A stretch of DNA of 64,000 nucleotides, from assembly GCA_965116795.1 (NCBI GenBank), contig OZ220716.1:1226503-1290502 (forward strand), given 5' to 3'. The stretch is from Gammaproteobacteria bacterium (lineage in GTDB: Bacteria > Pseudomonadota > Gammaproteobacteria > JAJFKG01). The notes beneath the pieces are model-generated. The model was not told the origin of the DNA, did not search any database, and worked only from the letters and a program-made list of their open reading frames with translations. The translations under genes were made by a program, and so were the position numbers. Within the stretch, counting starts at the first letter, position 1. The number at the start of each line of letters is the position of its first letter. Below are positions 1 through 10,245 of the stretch, in pieces.

Positions 1-787
1 GGATGTCGCCTCCGGTGCGTATTGGATAGCAAGCAGCTGTGACAGCATCCTTGTTTCTAAGACCAGTAGCGTTGGCTCTATAGGGGTTGTCGGTGTGTAC
101 CGTGATAACAAAGACAACAACACCGTTGAGATTGTCTCATCGCAAAGTCCGCATAAGCGCCTTGATATACAGACCGACGATGGCAAAGCTCGCTTACAGC
201 AACGCATTGATGCGATGGCTAACGTCTTTATCAAAGCAGTGGCTACTTATCGCAATGTTTCACCGGAATCCGTGCAGCAACGTTACGGGGGTGGCGATGT
301 GTTTATTGGTGAGGAGGCTATTAAGCATGGCTTAGCCGATGGCACTAACACACTCGATAACCTTATCGCCGGGCGTCAACGTAATTGTGCACAAACGATT
401 TATTCACACTCACAGGAGATAACCACTATGTCTGATAACGTTTCTGAAAATATGGCATCAACTGATGCAGCAAATTCATTGGAAGCTGGTAAGGTGCAAG
501 AGCGTGCTCGCATTCAAGCTATCTTAACCTGCAAAGCCGCTGAGCACCGACAAAAGTTAGCACAGCACTTAGCCTTTGCTACCGACATGGAGGTAGAGCT
601 GGCTAAACAAACGTTAATGTCTGCACCTGAGTCTGCATCATCACCAGCAAAGCAAACAAACGATACCACTGGCTTTCAAGCGGCAATGAATTCACTTGAG
701 AACCCTGACATTGTACCAAGCAGCGCATCAGATAACGATGAGCGTGAAGAGATTGACAGCGTTGTTAAACGCATTGCGAGTTACTGA
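1..787 (+). CDS. S49 head maturation protease/scaffold, 5'-truncated by the window edge
   Basis: Colinear with full-length 54088..55269 (ASGAYWIAS, VGSIGVV). In-frame AGGAG-N-ATG at 428 suggests a nested scaffold start. Confidence 0.9.
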   Translation, partial: DVASGAYWIASSCDSILVSKTSSVGSIGVVGVYRDNKDNNTVEIVSSQSPHKRLDIQTDDGKARLQQRIDAMANVFIKAVATYRNVSPESVQQRYGGGDVFIGEEAIKHGLADGTNTLDNLIAGRQRNCAQTIYSHSQEITTMSDNVSENMASTDAANSLEAGKVQERARIQAILTCKAAEHRQKLAQHLAFATDMEVELAKQTLMSAPESASSPAKQTNDTTGFQAAMNSLENPDIVPSSASDNDEREEIDSVVKRIASY

Positions 788-836
788 TGGCACTTTGGCT
801 AATCGGATATCTATTAATTAAGCGGAGGAAACCAAC

Positions 837-1220
837 ATGAGCGCACGAGGCTTTACTGACCAGGGTTCAATTACACCCGATAATTTATTTGCAGGGGAAT
901 TCCCCTGTGTACAACGTACAGAGACTATCACCGGTGGCATGAAGTTACCCCGAGGTGCGGTATTAGGCCGCATCAATGACTCAGGCCATTTTACCTTAAG
1001 TAAATTACGTGCCGGTGATGGCTCTCAAGTCCCCGTCGCCATCTTAGCGGAAGACTGTGATGCCACTACCGATACCCAAGCGGTGGTCTATCACGCCGGA
1101 GAATTCAATGCCAAGGCGTTAACCTATGGTGAAGGTCATACGGCTAAGTCGGTGTGGGAGGCTCGACGCGCGGCAGCGGGTAACAACACCTTATTCTTAC
1201 GTAACAACCAAGGAGCATAA
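837..1220 (+). CDS. Head decoration protein (lambda gpD-like)
   Basis: 127 aa between protease and capsid; GAVLGRI and AILAED..GEFN motifs; GGAGG RBS. Confidence 0.85.
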   Translation: MSARGFTDQGSITPDNLFAGEFPCVQRTETITGGMKLPRGAVLGRINDSGHFTLSKLRAGDGSQVPVAILAEDCDATTDTQAVVYHAGEFNAKALTYGEGHTAKSVWEARRAAAGNNTLFLRNNQGA

Positions 1221-1222
1221 TC

Positions 1223-2260
1223 ATGGTCGACATTTTTTCAACGTTTGTTTTAAATCGCACAATTGAATGCTTAGAGCGTTCATCCTCATTTTTGTTAGAT
1301 ACCTTCTTCACCTCGGTACAAATGGAAGAGAGCGAAGAAATCCACTTTGACATTAATGAATCTAAACCTCGACTAGCGCCCTTTGTCTCACCCTTAGTAG
1401 CCGGTAAAGTGGTGGATGCGCAAGGCTACAGCACTCAAAGCTTTAGACCGGCGTATGTGAAAGACAAACGCCGCTTTGATGCCAATACGCCCATAAAGCG
1501 CGTCATTGGAGAAACCATTGGGGGCAGCTTGCCTGCTAATCGACGATTAGAAGCGGCAGTGAGCAAAGCCCTCAAAGACCAATTAGAGAATCTCACCCGT
1601 CGTGAGGAAGTGATGGCCGCTGAAGCGTTAACCAAAGGTACCGTCACCGTCTCTGGCGACAATTACCCAACGCAAGTAGTCAACTTTAAACGTGACCCCA
1701 AACTCACGGTGAAGTTAACCAAGAACGAAGAGAAATGGAGCCACCCAGAATCCCCTGCCCTTGACCAACTCGAAGATTGGGCTGGGTTAATTCAGGAAAA
1801 ATCCGGTGCGGTGGCACGGCGTGTTATCTTAGACCCCAAAGCCTGGCGCTTGCTACGCAAGAACAAGCAAGTTATCGGTCAACTGGAAATTCGTCGTGGG
1901 ACGACCATCAACATCGATACTGACCCGATGGTGCGGGGTCAAGGTAATGAAAAAGCACGGTACGTTGGCTCCATCGGGGATTTTGACCTTCATGTTTACA
2001 ACGATGTCTATGTGGATGATGATGACACGGTGCAACCGTTACTCCCTGATAATACATTGCTACTTATCAGTCAGCAAAACTTAGAAGGTACACGGTGTTA
2101 TGGCATGATACGAGATGAAAAGGCAGACTTTCGCGCGATGCGTTACTTCAGCAAAAGTTGGATGGAAGAAGACCCAGCGGTCAGATGGTTGTTATTACAA
2201 TCAGCGCCATTGATTGTGCCCTATCGTCCGAATGCATCACTCTGCGTAACGGTGGCCTAA
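1223..2260 (+). CDS. Major capsid protein (lambda gpE family)
   Basis: 345 aa; LAPFVSP, F.PAYVKDK and LLQSAPL motifs. Confidence 0.93.
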   Translation: MVDIFSTFVLNRTIECLERSSSFLLDTFFTSVQMEESEEIHFDINESKPRLAPFVSPLVAGKVVDAQGYSTQSFRPAYVKDKRRFDANTPIKRVIGETIGGSLPANRRLEAAVSKALKDQLENLTRREEVMAAEALTKGTVTVSGDNYPTQVVNFKRDPKLTVKLTKNEEKWSHPESPALDQLEDWAGLIQEKSGAVARRVILDPKAWRLLRKNKQVIGQLEIRRGTTINIDTDPMVRGQGNEKARYVGSIGDFDLHVYNDVYVDDDDTVQPLLPDNTLLLISQQNLEGTRCYGMIRDEKADFRAMRYFSKSWMEEDPAVRWLLLQSAPLIVPYRPNASLCVTVA

Positions 2261-2262
2261 TT

Positions 2263-2580
2263 ATGTTACCTGCATTTTCACAAGCCACCGATAGATTGTT
2301 TGCACGCTTAGGGGTACAAGCGAAGTATCATCCACAAGGCAGTAGTAACAACATTACTTTGCCAGTCATTTTAAAAATCCCAGACCACATTGTGGATTTC
2401 GGTGAAGCACACTTGCATACAGCTACACAAGTGATTGATGTGAAATGCAATGATGTGAAAGAGCCGCAAATAGGTGATGTGATTACCATTGATACATCAT
2501 CTTATCGCATCCAAAGCGAACCGGCACGTGACTTACATGGATTAATCTGGAAAATAGACGTGATTAAAGTATGCAATTAA
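2263..2580 (+). CDS. Head-tail joining protein
   Basis: ATG 2263 just after the capsid stop; ~105 aa; conserved in copy 2. Confidence 0.7.
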   Translation: MLPAFSQATDRLFARLGVQAKYHPQGSSNNITLPVILKIPDHIVDFGEAHLHTATQVIDVKCNDVKEPQIGDVITIDTSSYRIQSEPARDLHGLIWKIDVIKVCN

Positions 2581-3218
2581 AAGCGGCATTGAGTGGTCGT
2601 CTCGATAAATATCTTAAAGCCAACCTAAAAGAAGCAGAGCATGCCGTTACCACTGGCATTAAAACAGCCACCAATAACTTAAAGTTGCAAATGCGTAGCC
2701 AAGTGATAGCGGCCAACTTGGGTAAACGCTTAGCCAACAGTTGGCGCGGAGATGTATACCCGAAACAAAAGACAAGCTTGAATGCCGCGGGTCATGTGTA
2801 TGCACGTGCACATAAGATTCTGACTAACTTTGAACAAGGCACGCTAATACGAGGACGTAAAGGGTTATGGCTGGCTATTCCAACTCCTAATGTGCCTAAA
2901 CGACTTGGCGGTAAACGCCCTATGCCGGGTGACATTGAACGTGCCTGGAATGTAAAACTACGCTTTGTATATCGTTCTAATGGTGCATCACTGCTGGTAT
3001 TAGATAACCGTCGTGCCTCTTACAGTCGCAAGACCGGTAAATTACGTGGCTTTCGTAAAGCCAGTCAATCAGCCCTAAAAACAGGCCGTGGATTAACCAC
3101 CGTTGTGATGTTTTGGTTAGTGCCGCAGGTGAAAATGCCAAAGCGACTTCATTTCAAAACGGCAAGTGAACGTCAGCAACGACAATTACCGAAGCTCATT
3201 ACCGATAACTGGAAATAA
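2571..3218 (+). CDS. Neck/tail-completion protein (DUF6441-like)
   Basis: Basic 215 aa with LGKRLANS and WLAIPT; conserved in copy 2. Confidence 0.65.
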   Translation: MQLKAALSGRLDKYLKANLKEAEHAVTTGIKTATNNLKLQMRSQVIAANLGKRLANSWRGDVYPKQKTSLNAAGHVYARAHKILTNFEQGTLIRGRKGLWLAIPTPNVPKRLGGKRPMPGDIERAWNVKLRFVYRSNGASLLVLDNRRASYSRKTGKLRGFRKASQSALKTGRGLTTVVMFWLVPQVKMPKRLHFKTASERQQRQLPKLITDNWK

Positions 3219-3223
3219 TCCCC

Positions 3224-3658
3224 ATGACCAGCACCCGTGAATATGCCATTGTGATGCTCTTTGGCCAGCTTCGCTGTGCGCTTCCGGATATCATGATATT
3301 GCGCAATGTGGTCGTACCAACAACTATTCCAAGTGAAGGATTAATCATCTTGCGTGATGGCGATATGGGAGAGCCAAGTATGATTTTATCACCACCGCGC
3401 TATGCGTATTATCACCATGTGGCGTTAGAAGTCATTGTGCAACAAGCCGATGATGACAAACGCGAGGCACAGTTAGATGACTTGCTAATAAAAGTGGGAG
3501 AAGCCCTGCAGCAGCCTTTTCCTGCAGATGATGGCATTGATTGTTGTAGAGTGGGGGAACTTGAATTAACCACCGAGCCCATTGAAGGGGCGGCGACACT
3601 CAAAATTGCCCATGTCCCCATTATTGTGGAATATGTCACGACCAATCCATTGTTCTAG
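3224..3658 (+). CDS. Tail terminator-like protein
   Basis: Directly before the tail tube gene; LRDGD.GEP motif; conserved in copy 2. Confidence 0.6.
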   Translation: MTSTREYAIVMLFGQLRCALPDIMILRNVVVPTTIPSEGLIILRDGDMGEPSMILSPPRYAYYHHVALEVIVQQADDDKREAQLDDLLIKVGEALQQPFPADDGIDCCRVGELELTTEPIEGAATLKIAHVPIIVEYVTTNPLF

Positions 3659-3700
3659 CAGTCACTAACGCAATCAAACATTATGTAGAGGAGCAAACGC

Positions 3701-4771
3701 ATGGCAAGAGCGTATGGCTGGAACGCCAGCCTATTATTTGGGTTTGAGCAAAGTTACGGTATCCCACCGAACAACGGATACCATCAAGTCCCCTTTATTT
3801 CATCAAGTTTGGACTCTGAGCAAGGTTTGATTGAATCCAATGTCTTGGGGCTAGGTCGTGACCCCACAGCCCCATTTCAAGACATAATCAATGTGGATGG
3901 CGATGTCGTTATCCCAGCAGAGCTTCGTAGTATCGGTTTATGGTTAACCGGATTATTCGGTGAGCCAGAAACAACAAACAATAAAAAAGTTTATCAACAT
4001 ACATTTGCCTCTGGCAAAACACGCCTACCCAGCATCAGTTTAGAAATTGGTTTGCCCGACGTGCCTGATTACCCACTGTATACCGGTACACGAGTTAATT
4101 CGATGGCGTTTAACTTTGAGCGCAGCGGTGAAGCACAAGTGACGGTGAATATGTTAGGGCAAGGTGAAACAGCGAGCCATACAACCCGTGACTCAGCGCC
4201 ATCACAATTTTCCTACACACGGTTTTCCCAATTTCAAGGTTCGATTAAACATGCCGGAGAATTTCTAGCGGATGTCACCTCAGCCTCCATTACCTACAGC
4301 AATAACTTTGAGAAAATCCAAACGATACGTGATGATGGCAAGGTTGATGGCATTGACCCAGGGATTGCCGCACTCTCAGGTAATATTTCCGTGCGTTACA
4401 GTAATTCAAAGTTGATGGACTTAGCTAGAGAAGGAAACCCCATTGATATTGAGCTAGCTTACACTATCGATGAGCACCGTAAATTAGTACTAACCGCACA
4501 CTCAGTGTATTTGCCCAAAGCCAAACGCAGTATTAATGGTGCCGGTGGTATTGAAGCGGCATACGATTTTCAAGGTGCTAAATCTGAAGAATTTAATCGG
4601 ATGTTAACGGTAACACTGGTGAATGATGTCAGTGGTTATCATTTACAAGCATTACCACCCAAACCACCCAAAACATTGCCACCGAAAAAACCACCGCAAG
4701 AGACCGAGCAACAACAGGAGGAACCTAACGATGTTGAAACTGTCACTCTCTACAAACCCCCACTGGATTGA
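3701..4771 (+). CDS. Tail tube (major tail) protein
   Basis: MARAYG start, FE..YG motif, GAGGAG RBS; Pro/Lys-rich C-terminal extension. Confidence 0.85.
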   Translation: MARAYGWNASLLFGFEQSYGIPPNNGYHQVPFISSSLDSEQGLIESNVLGLGRDPTAPFQDIINVDGDVVIPAELRSIGLWLTGLFGEPETTNNKKVYQHTFASGKTRLPSISLEIGLPDVPDYPLYTGTRVNSMAFNFERSGEAQVTVNMLGQGETASHTTRDSAPSQFSYTRFSQFQGSIKHAGEFLADVTSASITYSNNFEKIQTIRDDGKVDGIDPGIAALSGNISVRYSNSKLMDLAREGNPIDIELAYTIDEHRKLVLTAHSVYLPKAKRSINGAGGIEAAYDFQGAKSEEFNRMLTVTLVNDVSGYHLQALPPKPPKTLPPKKPPQETEQQQEEPNDVETVTLYKPPLD

Positions 4772-5297
4772 TTTAGGCATGCAGGTGCGCGTTAAAGTGC
4801 GCCCATGCAATAGTGCTATCTTCTATCAAGCCAAAGCCTTTATGCAACATCGTTTGCAACAATTGGGTGAAGACTACCGCATTCAGAAAGACAGGGGTGC
4901 TGACATGAGCCACTTACCTAACGTAGAAGATGAAACGACCCGTGAAGCTTTAGCTGAGCAGTACCTAACACTGGGTTTAGCCTTGGTGAGCATCATCGAA
5001 TGGGAAGGCGTACTGGACAATGATGATAAAGATGAAGATGTGATTGCACCGGTCACAGAGAACAACATCACACAGTTATTTGAAAACTACTGGGTGATTG
5101 CTGAAACGTTCCGCCAACAATACACCGGTATGCGAGAGTTGTTAGAATCTGAAAAAAACGAATCACGGCTCGCTTGCAATGGCACTGCAACGGCGGGTCG
5201 GAGTACTGCGCCAACTGTGCCAGACAACAGCTCTCCTGTGCGCAAGGAGAAAAAGGTGAAGACGGAAAGAAATGCCCGTACCTCGAAAATACATTAA
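4731..5297 (+). CDS. Tail assembly chaperone (gpG-like)
   Basis: GGAGG RBS and ATG 4731; lies between tube and tape measure; A AAA AAC slippery site at 5153-5159. Confidence 0.8.
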   Translation: MLKLSLSTNPHWIDLGMQVRVKVRPCNSAIFYQAKAFMQHRLQQLGEDYRIQKDRGADMSHLPNVEDETTREALAEQYLTLGLALVSIIEWEGVLDNDDKDEDVIAPVTENNITQLFENYWVIAETFRQQYTGMRELLESEKNESRLACNGTATAGRSTAPTVPDNSSPVRKEKKVKTERNARTSKIH

Positions 5298-5497
5298 AGA
5301 CGATAGAGGGTTGGCAAGCGTGGGATGTGGCTAACAAGGTGCTAACTCAATGTCAGGAGAGCTTCCCGTTAGATATAGCATTGCAGTTGAGTGAAAGCTT
5401 GGGTTACCATCAAGCGGCTATGGCGGAGTTATTGCCATCGGCGGCTATTGGGATCGCTCTGGCGATGAAAGAGATGCAGAAAAATAAGGAAGGTTAA
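5159..5497 (+). CDS. gpGT-like -1 frameshift extension
   Basis: Open -1 frame after the slippery heptamer; same arrangement in copy 2. Confidence 0.75.
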   Translation, partial: RITARLQWHCNGGSEYCANCARQQLSCAQGEKGEDGKKCPYLENTLKTIEGWQAWDVANKVLTQCQESFPLDIALQLSESLGYHQAAMAELLPSAAIGIALAMKEMQKNKEG

Positions 5498-5614
5498 TCA
5501 CAACTAAAGGGCTTATATTAGCCAATTTATGTTTTAGCATTGGTAAATACTGCTATTTTGTTTAAAGATAGCTTACAGTATTTTTCAAGGACAGATGTGC
5601 AAGAGGAATTGCAA

Positions 5615-6007
5615 ATGAAAAAGCTCATTTACATGGCATTAGTGATGATCATGATTTCAGCATGTTCGGATCAAACACAAACAAATGTTGATGATACGTT
5701 GCCAACGTATGATGTTGCTCCCTATTGCCAAGAAATTGCTGGTTATTTCAAACACCATGATACGGACGAAAATCACAGTTATTCTGACAATATATTTAAT
5801 AGCTGTCTTAAAGAAGAAAAAGTCGATTATGAATGGTTGAAAGTTCATTGGAACTTGCTGTCCTCAAAATCGAAAATATATTGCAAACAAGCCATTGGCA
5901 ATCCCAATAAAAATTATAACTCATTAAAAATGTGTACCTTAGCAGGAACATGTTTAGATGATCATAAAAACTTAAAAATCTGTGCAGAGCGCGAAAGACA
6001 AGAATAG
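5615..6007 (+). CDS. Predicted lipoprotein moron (possible superinfection exclusion)
   Basis: MKKLIYMALVMIMISA-C lipobox; GAGGA RBS; Cys-rich mature region. Confidence 0.7.
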   Translation: MKKLIYMALVMIMISACSDQTQTNVDDTLPTYDVAPYCQEIAGYFKHHDTDENHSYSDNIFNSCLKEEKVDYEWLKVHWNLLSSKSKIYCKQAIGNPNKNYNSLKMCTLAGTCLDDHKNLKICAERERQE

Positions 6008-6146
6008 AAATAGATTGCTAACACAGCACATTTATTTTAAGACTAACTAATCAAGCATAGTGACATTTCACTCTTAAATTTTCCGCAAAAATTACCACTA
6101 TGGCAATATAAATACACTCATATTACCTATAAGGTAGGAATCTATT

Positions 6147-9029
6147 ATGAATACAAATAGCAAAACATTATCGATTCGCTTAGCCGCGACAGGCGGTGAT
6201 CAGTTACGCCGCGAGTTTGACAAACTTGGCATACGTGGCCAACGTGCTTTTAATAATATTAAAGAGGCGACAAAGCCTGCCTCTAAAGGGATCAAATCTG
6301 TTGATATTGCTGCAAAGACATTAAATAGAACACTGAAACAAGCAACTGGTGTTGTAGGAACGTATGTTAGTGTTCTTGGATTAACTCGGTTGTCCAAATC
6401 GCTTATCTCGACCAACAGTGAATTTGAGCAATTACACGCGAGCTTAGAAACAGTCACCGGCTCTTTAAAAGGCGCAGATGAGGCCTTTGCCATGATAGAA
6501 CGATTTGCTGCCAGCACGCCCTTTAGTGTAGAGCAGTTAACCGAAGCCTTCATTAAGTTAAAAGCGATGGGGCTTGATCCATCGGCTGATGCACTACGCG
6601 CTTACGGTAATACGGCTTCTGCCATGGGCAAAGATTTGTTGCAATTTGTTGATGCGGTGACCAATGCCACCACCGGTCGTTTCATGAACTTAAAGTCCTT
6701 TGGCATTAATGCCGAAGTGCAAGGTGACAAAGTCGCCTTTACGTTTAACAAGATAAAGACGGTTGTTCGTAAAAATGCCACTGAGATTGAAACGTACCTG
6801 CGCCACATTGGTAAAACAGAGTTTGCTGGTGATATGGCCAAGAAGATGGACATCATCAAAGGCATTTACAGTAACATCAAAGACAACTTAGCCCACATTG
6901 AACGTGAAATCGGTGCCGGTGGATTTAGAAAAGCGATCCATGATGTGGGAGTGAGCATCCGGGATGCCACCGGTGATGCAGATGAGGCGGCTCATGCCAT
7001 TGGTGAAACCTTGGGTAATGCCATTCACCTCAGTGCAGCGGCATTTGGGTTTTTATACCAACATGCCGGTTTAGCCGCTGAGGGGTTAGAGTATCTTTTG
7101 GTGGCACACAGTGTCGCTAAAGCGTTTGTGCTGCTAAGAAGGGTGACTGTTGGTAATGCGGGGTTAATAGTCGGATTACGATTAGTCACCAGTCTATCTG
7201 CTGGTACTGCTTCTAAAATTATCCTGCTTGAAAGTGCTACGAAGCTTGCAACGGTCGCTACCCTCGGCTTAAAGCGCGCGCTGGCGTTAGTGGGTGGTCC
7301 GGCGGGCTTAGCGGGTATAGCAGGGTTTGCATTGTATAAATTGGCAGAAGGTCATGAGGCTGCCACTGTTGCGGCTAAGCGACATACGACTGAACTTAGC
7401 AAGTTGCTGAAAACATTAAAACAAGCGGCCAACGGCACGGGGCAACCGATGTTGGCTAATGAAGCGATCGCGCGTGTGACAGAGCAACTAAACCAATCAA
7501 AACAGGATGCCGCCAATTTGATGCAAGAAATCCGATCTGTTTATCCCGGCAGTTTCTTAGATCACATCAAAGAATTGCTTCATTTTGGGTTAATGAAAGA
7601 TTTGCAAGAGATTCGTCAAGCATTCCAATCTGGTGAAAGGAGTATTGAGGAGCATCGCAAAGCAATATGGGATTTAGCTTTAAAACATCCCGAGTTCGCT
7701 AAACAAGCTGACGAAATTAACAAATATATAGAAGCCTTAAAAAAAGCACAACAGCAAATCAAAGAGGCCGAAGCTGAGCTGATTAAATTAAAAAGTGGCA
7801 CACTGAACACGAACCCAAGTAAAAAGGATGGCATCAAGCAAATTATCCCTGCGTTAGATGAGAAACAAATACAACACATCAAAGAGACCATTCAATCTTT
7901 AGAAGCCCAGACAGTTGCCATGCAACGCTTGGTTGCTGCACGCAAAGAAGGCAATGAAGCCGTACAACGTGCATTGATATTAAACGAGCAAGAAAATACA
8001 TTTGCCAAGTTTGGCATTGATATGAATCAACAACAAACTGAAGAAGCATCCAAGCTTATCAAACAGACTAAAGATTTAATTCAACAAAAGTATAACTTGC
8101 AACAAGCTGACAAAGACGCCATTGAAATGGCGAAGCGTCATAAACAAACCATACAAACTATTACACGCGCATTGAATGCCACCAAATCTGAAAGCGAGCA
8201 AGCGCGCATTGAAGCCGATACCTGGCGTCAGAGTGCATTAGCAGGATTGGATAGCATGAGCCAAGGCTATGTTACCTTTGCCAGTGACATTGAAACCGTT
8301 TATCAGCACATGTTAAAGCAAGCGCGCGAGAAAGATTTGGCTAATTCTAAACGTTGGCAAGATGGAGTAACCCGCGGGCTTCGTGATGTGGTGGATGAAG
8401 CCAATGACATGGCATCGCAAGTTGAAAATGCCATTACCAATGCTTTTTCTAACATGGAAGATGCCTTAGTTGAATTTGTGATGAAAGGCAAGCTTGATTT
8501 TAAATCACTGGCAGACTCTATCATTGCTGATATTCTTCGCATTCAAATTAAGCAGAATATTACTGCACCTTTAGCCAATGCAGTTGGGTCAATCAACTTT
8601 AGTCAATTATTTGGTGCGGCGCATACCGGTGGTGTGATTGGTCATGATGCGTTAACAAAACGTGCTGTTAATTCCTCTGTGTTTGATGGTGCTCCGAAAT
8701 TCCATGGGGGCGGTGTCGTTGGCAATGAAGTGCCGATTATTGCCAAAAAAGGTGAGACAGTTTTTACTAAAGGGCAAATGCAATTATTAGGAGCGGGCTT
8801 AGCATCACGCAATGTGGCTCCCACTGTTACGGTACATGTGCATAACAACGCTCAAGGTGTACAAGCTAAAACGCATACAACCAAAACACCTGATGGCAAT
8901 GTGCAGCTGGATATTATTGTTGAACATGTTGAACAAAAGCTTGCGCGCAATATCACGCGTGGTGATGGGCTAGCACCGGTGATGGAACGACGTTACGGTT
9001 TGAATCCAGCTAATGGCAGTTATCGATAA
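6147..9029 (+). CDS. Tail tape measure protein
   Basis: 960 aa helical protein; TPF motif near the N-terminus; C-terminal HTGG/FHGGG..EVPII motif. Confidence 0.93.
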   Translation: MNTNSKTLSIRLAATGGDQLRREFDKLGIRGQRAFNNIKEATKPASKGIKSVDIAAKTLNRTLKQATGVVGTYVSVLGLTRLSKSLISTNSEFEQLHASLETVTGSLKGADEAFAMIERFAASTPFSVEQLTEAFIKLKAMGLDPSADALRAYGNTASAMGKDLLQFVDAVTNATTGRFMNLKSFGINAEVQGDKVAFTFNKIKTVVRKNATEIETYLRHIGKTEFAGDMAKKMDIIKGIYSNIKDNLAHIEREIGAGGFRKAIHDVGVSIRDATGDADEAAHAIGETLGNAIHLSAAAFGFLYQHAGLAAEGLEYLLVAHSVAKAFVLLRRVTVGNAGLIVGLRLVTSLSAGTASKIILLESATKLATVATLGLKRALALVGGPAGLAGIAGFALYKLAEGHEAATVAAKRHTTELSKLLKTLKQAANGTGQPMLANEAIARVTEQLNQSKQDAANLMQEIRSVYPGSFLDHIKELLHFGLMKDLQEIRQAFQSGERSIEEHRKAIWDLALKHPEFAKQADEINKYIEALKKAQQQIKEAEAELIKLKSGTLNTNPSKKDGIKQIIPALDEKQIQHIKETIQSLEAQTVAMQRLVAARKEGNEAVQRALILNEQENTFAKFGIDMNQQQTEEASKLIKQTKDLIQQKYNLQQADKDAIEMAKRHKQTIQTITRALNATKSESEQARIEADTWRQSALAGLDSMSQGYVTFASDIETVYQHMLKQAREKDLANSKRWQDGVTRGLRDVVDEANDMASQVENAITNAFSNMEDALVEFVMKGKLDFKSLADSIIADILRIQIKQNITAPLANAVGSINFSQLFGAAHTGGVIGHDALTKRAVNSSVFDGAPKFHGGGVVGNEVPIIAKKGETVFTKGQMQLLGAGLASRNVAPTVTVHVHNNAQGVQAKTHTTKTPDGNVQLDIIVEHVEQKLARNITRGDGLAPVMERRYGLNPANGSYR

Positions 9030-9207
9030 CAAAACAAAACCGAGCAAATCAAATTACTTGCTACTCCTTGACCTACTCGGTGCTTTAAGAAAAGCTATCA
9101 ACTAATTATTTGAATTTTTAATTGATGGTATGGATCTCCCACTTGACAAAGGCTTCATAATGAGCCGGAATTGAAATGTTTCAATTACAGTAAAGAGGAG
9201 ATCCACT

Positions 9208-10245
9208 GTGAATATTACAACATTAGGAATCGATTTGGCAAAAAATGTATTTCAACTCCACGGAGTTGATAATGAAGGAAATGTCGTGTTGAAGAAGCGT
9301 ATAAGACGATCAAAATTTGTAGAATTTATGCAACAACTACCCAGTTGTGCTGTGGCAACGGAATCCTGTGGTAGCGCAAATTACTGGGGTAGACATCTAC
9401 AAGCGATGGGACACGAGGTCAAACTTATCGCACCGCAATTCGTAAAACCTTTTGTGATGGGTGATAAGAATGATAGCAATGATGCCAGAGCTATCTGTCA
9501 AGCACGCTTATGTAAAGATATGCGTTATGTCCCCATCAAGAGTGAAGGACAACAAGATATTCAATCTATTCATCGTCACCGAGAATTACTTGTTAAACAA
9601 CGCACACAGTTAGCCAATCAAATCCGCGGATTATTAGCTGAATATGGTGAAATCATTCCTAAAGAAATCCGTAATTTGCGAAGCCAATTACCGGCTGTTA
9701 TTGATGATCAAGCTAACGGATTAACATCACGAGCTCGTACATTATTTTCAGATTTATACCAAGAATTGCGTGGTTATGATGAAAAGATAAAACGCTATGA
9801 TAAAGAGATTGATACGATAGCAGAGCAAAATCCAGCTTGTAAAAACATCATGAGTATTCCTGGAGTTGGTGCTAAAACGGCGACAGCCGTATATGCGGCA
9901 ATTGGTAGTGGGTATGCATTCAAAAATGGTAGACAGTTTGCAGCCTGGTGTGGATTAGTCCCCAGGCAATCATCCAGTGGCGATAAAGTTCGACTCGGTG
10001 GTATTACTAAACGGGGAAATATGTATTTGCGTAAACTGTTAGTGCATGGAGCACGTGCAAGCTTTAATCAAGCTAGTAAGAAAGATACACCGGTAGCCCG
10101 TTGGGCATGTCGGAAACAGGCACGTAGCTCGACAAATCGAACAGTAGTTGCTTTAGCCAATAAGAATGCACGAGTTATTTGGGTCATGCTAACACAGGGT
10201 GTGTGTTATGAAGCTAACTTAGTGTGTGCTAATGGCAATGCGTAA
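9208..10245 (+). CDS. IS110-family DEDD transposase/recombinase
   Basis: GIDLAK, KNDSNDA, SIPGVG, GLVPRQSSSG and ALANKNAR motifs. Confidence 0.95.
   Translation: MNITTLGIDLAKNVFQLHGVDNEGNVVLKKRIRRSKFVEFMQQLPSCAVATESCGSANYWGRHLQAMGHEVKLIAPQFVKPFVMGDKNDSNDARAICQARLCKDMRYVPIKSEGQQDIQSIHRHRELLVKQRTQLANQIRGLLAEYGEIIPKEIRNLRSQLPAVIDDQANGLTSRARTLFSDLYQELRGYDEKIKRYDKEIDTIAEQNPACKNIMSIPGVGAKTATAVYAAIGSGYAFKNGRQFAAWCGLVPRQSSSGDKVRLGGITKRGNMYLRKLLVHGARASFNQASKKDTPVARWACRKQARSSTNRTVVALANKNARVIWVMLTQGVCYEANLVCANGNA

Noticed and set aside
6200-8848. Antisense ORFs in the tape measure and other structural genes, some present in both copies
   Set aside because: Explained as codon-bias shadows of the sense genes; no RBS or motifs.
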